In this document: positions 52,760-64,000 of the stretch, in pieces
Layout: each line of letters starts with the position of its first letter
How positions within the stretch are numbered: position 1 is the first letter of the stretch
Assembly (NCBI GenBank): GCA_963693365.1
Contig: CAVNZM010000008.1
Span: forward strand, 5,170,310-5,234,309
Source: Amoebidium appalachense
Lineage: Eukaryota > Protista > Ichthyosporea
DNA length: 64,000 bases
Reading direction: 5' to 3'
Notes under the pieces: model-generated
Database searches by the model: none
What the model was told of the DNA's origin: nothing
What the model saw: only the letters and a program-made list of their open reading frames with translations
Translations under genes and position numbers: made by a program

Positions 52760-53480
52760 ACGATGATGCCCGACAACTTCAAGCCGCTGTTGTTTGTGCA
52801 CCAGAGACCAGACAGAGTGCATGTGTGACCTGGCCCACCTGGGCCCGGTCAACTCACCGGGCACGGCACCGCCGGGTGTGAGCACTGACTCCACTGAGCA
52901 GCCGCTAAACTAGCCTCTGAGGCTCAGGCTGATTCTACCTTCTATGTACTGAGCCTCGGACCAGTGGTGCCTCATTTTCCTTCCTACCTCAGCAGAAATG
53001 CTAGTAGTGACAATGCTTATCTGTGTACGCGAAGTGACTGCTGCGAATTCGAAGAAAGGCTGCGAAGAAAAAAGACTGCGGGCTACGTCAGTACTAGTAC
53101 GTGTCAGCCTCTGATTCAATACGGTACCGATATCGATGTACCTGCGGTAGATGGGGAAAAAAAAACCTATATAGAAAAGTAACATAAACAAATACTCAGA
53201 ATACTTAAATGAACAGCGTAGCCTTGGTATTATATCGGCCAGAGAGAGGGAGTGCACCGTTTAGTAAAACGGGTGCCGCACTCTCAATACTGCAGTACTA
53301 GTGCAGCCACTGTGCAGGCCTAGGACTCGGCATTTATTCAAGTCATTATTATAATTACACTAGCACGTACAATCAGTCTGGGCCCTGAATGCCGGGCACG
53401 TCCGGATACATTAGTATATTGAAGGGAGCTCGAGAGCCGGATTTTGAAACAGAGGGGGAGGGGGGGCCGGGAGAAAGAAG

Positions 53481-53524
<44 letters not shown>

Positions 53525-53724
53525 CTTTTTCTTAGGTGGTGGTGGGGTAGAGAGGAGGGTCCCCTAAGTAGGTGCCTTCCGCGCCCCCCCCCCCCCCCCC
53601 CCCCCCTCCCCCCTCCCCCCCCCACACACACACACATACACTACCCCTTACTCCCCTTCCCCTTCTCCCCTTCCCCCCCCCCCCCCCCCCCAGTTCTCGG
53701 ATGAGCTCCCCACAGATCATGCGC

Positions 53725-53787
<63 letters not shown>

Positions 53788-54113
53788 CCCACACTTTCTT
53801 TAATTAACGGTAAATTCAGTTTCACCCAGCCCCTGATGATTCACACTTACCTGCACACATATGCACCACTACTCACACACGAGCGAGGTGCACCCGCACA
53901 ATAATTACATACATGCAGATACACTCACCATTTTATTCATAAAAATGGCAAACGTGCACATCATGTGTATGCAATGTCCTGGCAAATGGCCTTGAATACT
54001 GGAAGAAAGTGTCACGCGTGACACTGTATTGCCATGTTACTGTAAACAGATAGCAGGAGACTCTCAGGCACTCTCGCACACGGCGCATACGCGTGCGCAC
54101 GCACGCGCGCGCG

Positions 54114-54198
<85 letters not shown>

Positions 54199-54239
54199 TG
54201 TGCTTTACAATACACCCACTGAAAACCCCCTTGCTGTGA

Positions 54240-54665
54240 ACTGAAGTAATACTATTCTACAAACAGCTGAATAATTATGCAAACAGCTGAAATTCAATTC
54301 ATATCGCTGACTGCAAGTCAAAAAGAATAATTCTGCAAACAGCTGAATTATTCTGCAAACTGCTGAATTATTCTGCAAACAGCTGAATCATGTTGCGCAT
54401 AGCTACATAGCAAAATGGAAATCATTCAGCTAAAGCATTATAATGATTTTGCTTGGAGCCGAATACGTGTAGTATTAATCTGCTACTACATATACTATAA
54501 GAAAAGATCATCTCTGCTCAATGTGAAATGATTCTGCTCAGAGCAGAATTATTCTGAATTTGAAGAATGCATCTACTTCTACTGAATGAATATTCTGCGT
54601 ATTTTGCGTTTGCTGAATAGTCATTCTACTGTTGCTGAAAAATGCTGGCAAAATTAGAATAATCA
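54240..54665. repeat. AT-rich 20-bp repeats (AAACAGCTGAATTATTCTGC) in direct and inverted orientation
   Basis: Several tandem copies at 54260-54390 and degenerate inverted copies at ~54530-54660. Confidence 0.65.
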
Positions 54666-55917
54666 TGACCTTTGCATACCAACTCTGCTGGGGCCATTGA
54701 TTCCGTCAGTGCCAGTGAATGAGCCGACATGGAGTACATACACTCAAAAGGCACACACATGCACACACAAAACACACAGTATTGCTCTCTCCTTTTAATT
54801 TTCTTCTCTCGCCGATCCCCGTGTTCCCTTCCCCCCCCCCCCCCCCCCCTCTTCCTCCTCCTCCTCCTCTCTCTCGAGATCCCGAATTCCCTCTCTTCCA
54901 TGCCCCTCCCCCCCTCCCCCCCTCCCCCCTTCCCTCCCTTCCCCTTTAACTTTCCTCCTACCTTCCCTCCATGGCTAAGCGTATCCAGTACATCTCCAAT
55001 ACCATTTTACACATATACCACACGCCACGAGCACAGCACGGTGGTCATGATAGCCACCTTAAATAATGATGATCTGGTGGGTGGTGTCAAGGCTGAGAGT
55101 GATGTATAGTTATAACACCGGGGGAGGGTGGGGAGGAGGGGGGCCTTACGGTTAGCTTGCGGAGGGGGGGAGGGGGGAGCAGGGGGAAGGGGGGGAGGGG
55201 GGAGGAGGGGGGAGGGCTGTGGTGTAACAGTAATATTTGCCATATTCGTCAGCTGAATGAAGCACAAAAAAAACAGAAAAAAATGAACCTTCAAAAAAGA
55301 TTAGGAGTGTGGGTGCACTCATTGAACTCCTAAATCCATATATGGAGTTCAGGATCCAGCTAGGGTTTGTATCCTGTTGGCTACTTATTTTTAGTGACAT
55401 GGTTATAATTTGTTTTTTCCGCTGGAAACCTCTCCCTCATGATCAACACAGATCGTAAGCTGTCCCCCATGTTGCGATGATCGTATGTCGTTTTTCACAC
55501 ACAACCCACGCCTGTCATTCATTGCTTAGACAAAGGGACAATTAACTTGCTGGGGAATTGGGGGGTGGGGGTGGGTTGGTGGGTGGGTGGAGGGGAGGGA
55601 GGGGGGGGGGGGGGGGGGGATGTTGTTACTGTGGTGTGTGCCATATGCAGTAACCAAAAATATATCATCAGAATAATAGTTGATATTAGTATAGTAGCCA
55701 GTAGGCTGCGAGTCGGCGCTCCATGCATGGATGAGGAATTCAATCTTTAAGCTTAAGTGCTATGTGTCCTGGCAACACTCCCGCACGTACATCAGCCTGT
55801 GCACGGTTGTGCATGCTCAGGCGGAAGGCCGATAGTTTATATATAATTAAAGGATTTCAACTTGGGGGAACGAAATAGTTCCTGTTGACCCCACGTACGT
55901 ACCGTTGGTGTCGTGTT

Positions 55918-55956
<39 letters not shown>

Positions 55957-56280
55957 CCCCTCCCCCCCCCTTGGCCCCCGCGGCCGAGCCGCTAGTAGAG
56001 GCTCCCTTCCGGAACACACCGCGGCCGGCCGGGGGCTGAGCGCAGGCTCAGCACCCTAGCCTTCTGATACAGCGTACCAAATACATCTTCCTTTAAAGCT
56101 TCTTAAATTCGATATCGACTATAGTTTCTATTATATCATTTGACGTACTGTAACAGGGACGCCGTTTATATTTGTGTGCTGACAGCCAGTCAATCTTGCA
56201 TACATCAGCATGTGCGTGTGTGTGTGTGTGTGTGTGTGTGATGTGTGCAACATGTGCATTTTGTGTGTGTCTGTTTGACA

Positions 56281-56313
<33 letters not shown>

Positions 56314-56384
56314 CCTTGGGACTACGGTAAGTATGATACTTGTGCACACAAGAGGAAGTTGGGGGGGGGGGGGGGGGGGGGGGG

Positions 56385-56730
56385 GAGAGAGAGAGAGAGC
56401 TCGAGAGAGAGAGCTCGAGAGAGAGAGAGCTCGAGAGAGAGCTCGAGAGAGAGAGAGAGGGAGGGAGAGAGAGAGAGGGGGGGGGGGGGGGGAGAGAGAG
56501 AGAGCGGAAGAACGGGGGGGGGGGAGAGAGAGAGAGAGCTCGAGAGAGCTCGAGAGAGAAGGAGAGAGAGAGAGAAAGAGGGGGGAGAGAGTTCGAGAGA
56601 GAGAGCTCGAGAGAGGGAGAGCGGGGGAGAGAGCTCGAGAGAGAGAAGAGAGAGAGAGACTCGGAGAGAGAGCGTGAGCGTGAGCGAGTGAGAGGGGAGA
56701 GAGAGAGCGAGAGAAGAGACAGTGAGAGAG
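56385..56730. repeat. (GA)n microsatellite punctuated by GAGCTCGAG units
   Basis: Directly visible compound repeat. Confidence 0.85.
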
Positions 56731-56930
56731 AATTTGTCGGGCAGAGAGAAAGCTTTCAAGTGTGTTCATTTGCATGCACAGCAGGCATCCAAAATGTCTT
56801 TGTTCGACGTGAGAACCTTCAATTGCAAGGAAGAGAAACCAGGGAGATCTCCGGGGGGAGGAGGGGGAGGGGGGGGGGGGGGGGGGTTTGCTTGTCTGGG
56901 GCACGTGTTGCACAGTCAGAGCGGGTTTCA

Positions 56931-57073
56931 TAAGGGGGATTTCTTTAGATCAGATTTATAGGCCCTTCCGGATCATTGGCAAGCAGGTGCACATCACGCC
57001 AATCACTAATCACACGGCCCAATTCGGGTCTGACCCGACCCGACCCGGCCCGGAACCCTAAAAGAAACCTCCC
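56931..57073. mobile_element. ~140-bp dispersed MITE, copy 2
   Basis: Homologous in inverted orientation to 27209-27347. Ends AGGGGGATTTCTTTAG / CTAAAAGAAACCTCCC. Confidence 0.65.
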
Positions 57074-57178
57074 ATCTTTAAGTGGTGTCACATAGAACTA
57101 TTGTACCTCCATACGTGCATACATTACTATTCATCCCTCTGCCACAGCCCAATTAAAGACACCCCCATATCTATGCAT

Positions 57179-57368
57179 CTATCGTGCCGGGCCTTGGTCC
57201 TCCTCTGCATCTTCAAACAGTCCCTCGTCATATGTTGGGGCCTGGGCCTGCCCTTGCTGTAGCAGTGCGTCCAATTGCTGGGGGGTAGGCAGCTGGAACA
57301 CATCCTCAAGGTGACGCAGTGTGCGTGCAGCCTGCGCGCGCGCGTGTGTATGTATTGTGTGTGTGTGT

Positions 57369-57404
<36 letters not shown>

Positions 57405-58606
57405 GGGGGGGGACAGGGGGACAGGGAGAGGGGAGGGAGGGGTAGTGGTGGGTGGGTGGTGGTGGTGGTGGCGGCGGGGGGGGGGGGGGGGGGGGGGGGG
57501 GGGTAGAATGTATTATAGAGTACCAAGTACATTGTCATGACGCAGCAACACAAATTGGGGGGGGGGGGGGGGGGGGGGGGGGGAGAAGGGGGAGAGAGAG
57601 AGAGGGGGGGGGGGGGGGGGGTTAGAATGTGTAAGACAGTATGATGGACAACAAAAGGCCACACAAGAGTATGCAGAGCCCATCATCGGGGGGATGGGTG
57701 ATTTAGCCCGTGATGGGGGCTGAGGCCATATATGGATGTGGCCTGGCCTTGCTGCATGTGTGTGCCTGGATTCGTGGTGTGTGTGTGTGTGTGGGTGTGT
57801 GTGTGTGCATGTGTAGTGTGTGTGTTTGTGTGTTTGTGTGTGCGCGCGTCTGCGTGTGTCTGTATCGGGGTGTGTGCATGGGTGGCTGTGTCCGTGTGTA
57901 TGCGTGCGTGCCGTGGAGTGGCAAGGCACGACCTGTCACAGACACAGCCCCGCATGGGTACATGTGCCCGTTCGAATGTATGTGTGTGTGTCTCTTCAGG
58001 TATGTTTATATAGTGCCCGCTCGAATGTGTGTGTGTAAGCCTGTGTGGCCATCGGGTATTCTTATTAGTGTTCTTGCTGTGCCTGTGTCCCCATGACCCA
58101 CTCTTGTGTTGTGTCCCTTGGGTGTGTGCGGGAGAGGGAGGGAGGAGGGGGCGGGCTGAGGCGTGTATGCCAGTGCTCATGGGGGTGTGATGTGCTCCTC
58201 GGGTTATCATGTGTGCCTCTTGGGCTGTGTGCGCGTGCACCCCTACTCTTTTTCTCTCCCCCCCCCCCCCCCCCCCCCCCCCCCCCACACACTCCCGGGT
58301 GCTCCTTTTAGTGTGTGTACCGCCCCCCCCCCCCCCCCCCCTTTTTTTTTTTGGGGGGGGGGGGGGGGGGGAGGGGGGGGGGTATATATGGGAGAGTGTG
58401 TGCACCTCCTAAGATGTTTGAGTGTGTGTAGCTTGGAGTATGGATGCCACCTGTTCTGTGTGCGCGTGACCTTTGGGTGTGTGTGTGTTTGCGTTTGTGT
58501 GTGTGTGCCGCCTCTTAATGTGTGTGTGTGTATGTGTGTGTGTGTGTGTGTTCCCATTGATCTGTGTGTGGCGACAATTATGCGTACCCGAGTGCCCCTC
58601 GATGTA

Positions 58607-58647
<41 letters not shown>

Positions 58648-59016
58648 CCCCCCATTGATCTGTGTGGCACCAATTATGCGCGCTCGAGTGCCCCTCGATG
58701 TATGTGTGTATGTGTGTGTGTGTGTGTGTGTGTGTCACTTCCAGTGTGTGTGCCCCCTAAAATCTGTATGCCCATTTTCATTGATTGCTCCATGTAGTGT
58801 GTGTGTGTGTGTGTGTGTGTGCACCCACCTGTTGGTCCGCCTGCAGGTGTGCCTCGAGCTCTTCAATGTTGTCTGCCGTGTAAAACATATCCTCCTCTGT
58901 GTGCACTATCAGTCTCTTGCTGCCCACACACACCCCTACACCAAAAACCATCCTCACGAAACAACCTCCACACAGAATGGAAGAAAAAAAGACCAGCACA
59001 CACGTGTGCACTCATG

Positions 59017-59052
<36 letters not shown>

Positions 59053-61018
59053 GGAAAGCGGGCGCAAACACACACATGGCCCCCCCCTCCCCCCGGAAAA
59101 AAGAAAAAAAAGGAAACACACACACACACACACACCAATCATGCCACACAGATGCCTGCACCCCGTAATCACATGACCAACCACGCCATGACCCCCCATA
59201 CAGCCCCCCCCCCCCCCCCCCCCTCCCCCCCCCCTCCCCACACACACACCAAACTCCCCCTTCTCGATCCATCCATCCCCCCCTCCCCCCCCCCCCCCCT
59301 TCCCCTCCCCCCACCACCCCACACACACACCACCACCACCACCAAACTCCCCTACCTTCATCCATTGCATCTTCATCTGGGTCTGGGTGCAACGCTTGGC
59401 ATTCGGACATGGCTTGGAACATGGCATCCACTGGGGGGAGGGGGGAGGGGGGGGGGGGGTTTGAATGCGTCAAAAAGTACGAAGTACACAAGAACAAACG
59501 GATAACACGATGCAGAATGCAAGCCATACATAAAGAGTATGCATAATAAGCAGAGCCCATCCTCAGGGGGGGCCCACGTCATCCACAGTACCCGAGTTTC
59601 GACCTATTCCCCTCAGGGTGGTGGTGTCAGTGGCCTGTGGGGAGGTAGAGAAAAATGGGATGGTAGCTACAATTTTATCGGTGGTTTACTGTTTTTATAA
59701 TGAATACTGAAAATGAGAGAAAAGGGGAATCGAGAGACCAGGGTTACAATATTTAGGCAGTTTTAGTATGTGGTAGCCGTGGTTTGAGTGTCGACATTGG
59801 TTTCTTGCACAGAGAGAAGCATGTGGGGCATTGGCTACGGAGAAGGGAGGAGGCAGGGGAAAGAAGGGACGAGGGGGCAGGGGGGGGGGGGGGGGGGGGG
59901 GGGGAGGGGGGGGGAGAGAGATAGGGGGCGGGGGGGGGAGCGGGAAGGGGACGGGGAGATGTATGCAGGGGGGAGGGGATAAACGGGTTGGGGGACGGGG
60001 GGAGGGGGGGAGGGTGTGTGTGGTATGGTTGGAGGTGTACGCACGTGCAGCCTGGTTTTCAGGAACAAAGCGCAGCTCCGAAACGGTGGGCTCAGCCTCC
60101 TGCCCAGCCTCCTCCTCCTCGTCCGAACCCTGCCCACATCCTCCCCGTCAGTTACCTCCCCCCTTACCCCCCCCTCCCCTCCTTTCCCCTCCCCCCACTT
60201 CCCCCCTTTCCGCTCCCCCTCCTCTCCCCCCCCCCCCCCCCTCTCCCTCCTTCCCCCCCCCCCCCTCTTCCCGGAAAAAAAGTAGGTACCTGCTCTTCTG
60301 CCTGGCCGTCCGTGTCCAGGTGGCAGTAGAGGCAGGGATGAGGGAAGTTGGCTGTGTCCTTGCACGTGGCGTGGCACACGATGGATGGGTAGGCCAGGCA
60401 GTAGCCCCGGCCAGCCTCGGCACTCCACCACACTAGCTGGCTGCACATAAAGTGTTAGCAGGTGCACTGGGGATAGATGAGGCACAGCCACAGTGGGGTA
60501 GATGAAAGCACAACGATAGGTAGCACACAGCTACAACGGGCGAATATTACCAGGGACAAGAAGGAGCGGGGCAGGGGTGGTGGTGGTGGTGGTGGTGGTG
60601 GGGGATGGGGTGGGGGGAGGGGCGGGGGGAGTAGGAGCGAGAAGCGGCGAAAGCGGCAGGGTGTGGTGTGTGTGGGTGGATGCGAGCGCGCATGCGCGTG
60701 CGAGTGCTTGCACAGGCGCCGGCGCACGTGTGTGTATGTATGTGTGCACGCGTGTGCGTGTGCGTGCGTGTGTGTGCGTATGGTGGTGGTGGAGGGCGGG
60801 AGAAGGGGGAGAGGGGGAGGGAGGAGGGGGGGGGGGGGGGGGGGGGGGTGGGGAGGGAGGGGAGGACGGGCGAGGAATCGTTGAGTTCGACTGCACCTCT
60901 CGTCTATGTGCAGTGTGCCTGTGCCCTGGCACGTATCACCCAGGTACAGTGCCGTCTGCTCCTCCGTGTGGCGCGGCGCCGTGAGCTCAGGCAGCGACTG
61001 AATGCACACTAGCGTCAT
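57179..61018 (-). CDS. CLNS1A: Methylosome subunit pICln (Voldacs domain); exons 61018-60897, 60440-60290, 60129-60045, 59430-59356, 58896-58829, 57331-57179
   Basis: Phase-consistent splicing gives GTGTLHIDESQLVWWS...YPSIVCHA...FPHPCLYCHL...ELRFVP...LDAMFQAMSECQALHPDP...TLRHLE...GLFEDAEE, the pICln signature. Confidence 0.92.
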
Positions 61019-61084
61019 GGTGGCTGGGCTCGGTGGGAGGGGAGCAGGGAAACGTGACAGGGGGTGACAAACAACTGAGAACCT

Positions 61085-61175
61085 GTGGCGCCGGCCGCGG
61101 AGTTTTGGCGCCGGCTGGCGGGGCCGGGATTGAAAACTTGCGGCACGAGTCCATGTGACGTCATGTTACGTCATC
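61085..61175. promoter_or_regulatory. GC-rich CLNS1A promoter with E2F-like and CRE-like motifs
   Basis: TTTGGCGC at 61104-61111; TGACGTCA followed by TTACGTCA at ~61156-61173. Confidence 0.5.
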
Positions 61176-61645
61176 ACGGCGGGGGGGGGGGGGGGGAGGG
61201 GGGGGGTATAGGGCTGCATGCTGGAGACTGGAGTGCCGTGAAGGATGAGCTTATTTGTGTGAGGCTTGATCATGAGGGATGAATAACAGCCTGGACAGTT
61301 ATACAGCCTGTGTACGTATACATATGGAGGTATTGCGAAAGAGCATGCATATAGGACAAGGTACCGGACCGGGTATAGGACATGAATTTGGGGGTTTACG
61401 CTGTTTACTCGAGGCAAAGAGAACCAGTCTCAGGTATGGGGGGGGGGTTTTGCTCGGAATATCCCCTCAGCGGTATATCATGATCACGTACATAGATGTC
61501 GGGTGGTGACTATATATCAGGGTTTACTTTCTCTACGAGACACCATAAAGACTACAAGGAGAAATCAATTAGTTGGGGTTCCCCGTTTTTTTTTGTTTTT
61601 TTTTTATTTAAAGGGGCTCCCCTCGGGACACTCGGTATCAGCTGG

Positions 61646-61716
<71 letters not shown>

Positions 61717-61736
61717 TGTGTGTGTGTGCGCGTGCG

Positions 61737-63514
61737 CTATAATTTTGTAGTGATGTGTTTCTCAAGCCAATCAATACATCTAATAAACAGGTCGTAGTTA
61801 CGCGTGTTTAGTATAAAATCAAGGATGTTGTAATTTACAGGTAGGCTATCTTTCTGGGTGTCTGTTGTGAATGTGACGTGTGTGTGTTGCGGTATTATGT
61901 GGTCTATCAAACTACATTTGGCGATACATGACCGGTTAAACTGGTGTGTGTGTGTGTTGTTTGGGCATGCAAATGATGCCACCTTATACTTATTAGATCT
62001 CCACTGTATAGCACGTGTACAGTAAAAGCGTGGTAATTGATCAATAATACCATCAGCTAGAGAAAGACCAGTTCTACAGGAAGGTAATATGTATTTAGGT
62101 GTTATACACTTGCGAGTGCCATATTTGGCAATATGGTTGAGGCGGTCAGTATATATAAAACGAGACATAAGGCTTAGTTTTTCAAGGTGTATGCTTTCAT
62201 CGGGTCTAGTGTCGTGTGGTATCTTTTTCCATTTGTTATATTGCGTGATTATCTTGTGATTGTGTACATGTTTAACAAGTAAGTGGCAGTCCAAAGTCAC
62301 ACACACACTATTGCGGGGTTTATTTGTATTTGTGCCCAGGGGAGAAGGGGAGAGAGAGGGGAGGAAAGAGGGGAGAGGTGAGGAGGGGACAGGTCGGATA
62401 GAGAAGAGAGGGTGGGAGGGCAAATACTTCTTTAAGCGGCTTATGTGCTTATTGAATTTCAGCGCGAGATAGGATACTCTAGCAGCTATTGGGACCAGAC
62501 CATATATCGAGAGCGTTACAGGCCCAGGTTTACAACAGTTGTTAGATAGAAAGGAGGCAACTTCTGCTTCAAGGAAATTTGCCAGGGGTTTAAGCGCTCT
62601 AGTTCTCTCTTTCTTGATCCAAGCGGCGAGAAGGGGTAAACCATATTCACATGCCGGGAAGACAAAAGTGCGAATAAATGTAAGTCTAATAGAAGGATGG
62701 AGGGGTGTGTCTTTAAAAATATTAGCCGAGAAGAAAGCTAACCGCTTACGAGCCAACTCTACCCTCTTTTCGACCATATGGGGAAACATAACACCAACAG
62801 AATCAACCGGAACACCAAGATATTTGTATTCTGGAACTATAGGTACAGGTTTAGATGATAATGTAAATGTGTGTAAATTGTTAGCTATATCAGGTACAAG
62901 AACACCACATTTGTCTATGTTAAGGATCATAAGGTTTGCCTTGCACCACTCTGACACTACATCGAACAATCTTTGCAGGCGTCTAGGGGTACGGGCAAGG
63001 AGGGACAGATCATCAGCATAGAGAAGTGCAGGCGGAAAGTTATTAATACAGCCAAATCATCTATAAATAGGTTAAACAAAAAGGGGCTAAGCAAGAGTCG
63101 CGTGTTAAAATCACCTAAAATAACAGTGGACATTGGTAACTGTGACAACTCGTGAGTCAATTCGACAACCGACATAGATGGTGGGTAATATACAAAAGTA
63201 AAAACATTAGAAAGAAACTCTATAGAAACCGAGAATTCCGTTTTTGCTACCGGTTTGCACTTCACTCTCACGTGTGGTGCGGCAAGTACAATAATGCCTC
63301 GGTTTTTCGCGTAACCGGGGTGTGTGGATGTGTCGACCAATGTAGAGTTGAATTTGTGGTGGTTTTTAAACTGTGTTTCGCAAATCACTGTAAACGTGTG
63401 GTTGTTTGTCTGTTGTTGTATGTAGCTGATTTTATCGTCGAGTGTCCCGGGGGGGAGGCCCTTTTGGGGGCCCAGTGTCCGAGCATTCCAGAAGAAGAAG
63501 GATAAATTAGGCAT
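61737..63514 (-). pseudogene. LINE ORF2 (AP endonuclease fused by deletion to RT domains 4-7), frameshifted
   Basis: WNARTL, ICETQ, VYYPP and ILGDFNTR (APE) join directly to LSPFLFNLFIDDL. LLYADDL, NIDKC and YKYLGV lie in a shifted frame that runs open to TAG at 61737. Cys/His-rich C-terminus. Confidence 0.88.
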
Positions 63515-64000
63515 CGGTTTGGTCCGACACCTGTGGGGTTGGTTCCCACTTGTCGCTTACGGGGTCGTATGCACGACCTTCCGCCAGCGCGAACAGTTCG
63601 CAGAAGAGCTCGATTTCCATCTCGCATCGGCGTTTGCGCTCGAGCAGTTTCTCACCAGAAAACATTGGTTCCTTCGTGTCCGTGTCTATCACGCTCGTAG
63701 CATCGTTTTCCAACTTTGCGAGGAACTCTTTTGCCTTGCTGATGCGTACACGACAACGTGTGGCGCACGCATTCTTAGCAGACACTTTACGTTCTTTGTC
63801 TGCTTTCTGAATGTTTTCCGGCGCGCATGGGTCGTAGCTTGGGAGGTGGGTGAAGAAGCTTCCACACCCCTTTGTCGCGTCTCGGATGAACGCACGGTTA
63901 TAGTCGCCCCGTACTGCTACTTCCAGCACATCGTATCCAATGAAGGACAGACAAAGGATGCGAGAGCACCGAAAGCCGAGAGCCTTGAAGATGGACCACA
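63507..64000 (-). CDS. LINE ORF1 C-terminal part (coiled-coil-like), 5' truncated by the window
   Basis: Open frame ending at TAA 63507, overlapping the ORF2 ATG at 63514 (ATGCCTAA). Identity inferred from position. Confidence 0.6.
   Translation of the reverse strand, partial: WSIFKALGFRCSRILCLSFIGYDVLEVAVRGDYNRAFIRDATKGCGSFFTHLPSYDPCAPENIQKADKERKVSAKNACATRCRVRISKAKEFLAKLENDATSVIDTDTKEPMFSGEKLLERKRRCEMEIELFCELFALAEGRAYDPVSDKWEPTPQVSDQTDA

Larger units (their letters stand above)
61586..64000 (-). mobile_element. APE-type non-LTR retrotransposon (LINE), internally deleted, running off the window edge
   Basis: ORF1 (to 63507) and an ORF2 with an APE N-terminus and RT C-terminus, then a 3' UTR with (CA)n and a poly-A tail (plus-strand T-run 61586-61605). 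Confidence 0.9.

Noticed and set aside
52964-53210. Short non-repetitive ORF (VPHFPSY...)
   Set aside because: No recognisable motif, start context or spliceable partner exons.
54950-55750. Exon-like fragments on the minus strand
   Set aside because: Stops occur in all frames tried and no family motif was identified.
56030-56060. GC hairpin followed by CTAG as a Helitron 3' end
   Set aside because: CTAG abuts the stem and is not followed by T; no 5' TC end or Rep/Hel sequence is evident.

Overview
Eukaryotic, intron-rich, microsatellite-dense DNA with abundant (CA/TG)n, (GA)n and long poly-G/poly-C runs. It looks like a unicellular opisthokont (possibly an ichthyosporean-like holozoan), but the taxon cannot be fixed from the sequence. 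Most ORFs in the supplied track are repeat artefacts. Five spliced genes can be rebuilt from GT-AG exons: an Agd3-like carbohydrate deacetylase with a GPI-like tail (+), an EamA/DMT transporter (+), ORC2 (-), DNAJC9 (-) and pICln/CLNS1A (-). A sixth gene is an intronless secreted cbEGF-mucin-tyrosinase fusion (-). Mobile DNA includes a TA-flanked Tc1/pogo-type MITE, a Ty3/gypsy-like gag-protease lacking RT and integrase, a 3.15-kb hAT element with TIRs and an 8-bp TSD, several fold-back MITEs in introns, and an internally deleted APE-type LINE at the right edge. The most notable observations are (i) the LINE 3' end is the reverse complement of a short apparent insertion at the start of its own endonuclease ORF, (ii) the EGF-tyrosinase architecture and Agd3-like enzyme, (iii) (AC)n tracts replacing polypyrimidine tracts at acceptors, with GT/AC and G/C complementary intron ends, and (iv) E2F sites upstream of ORC2 and CLNS1A.
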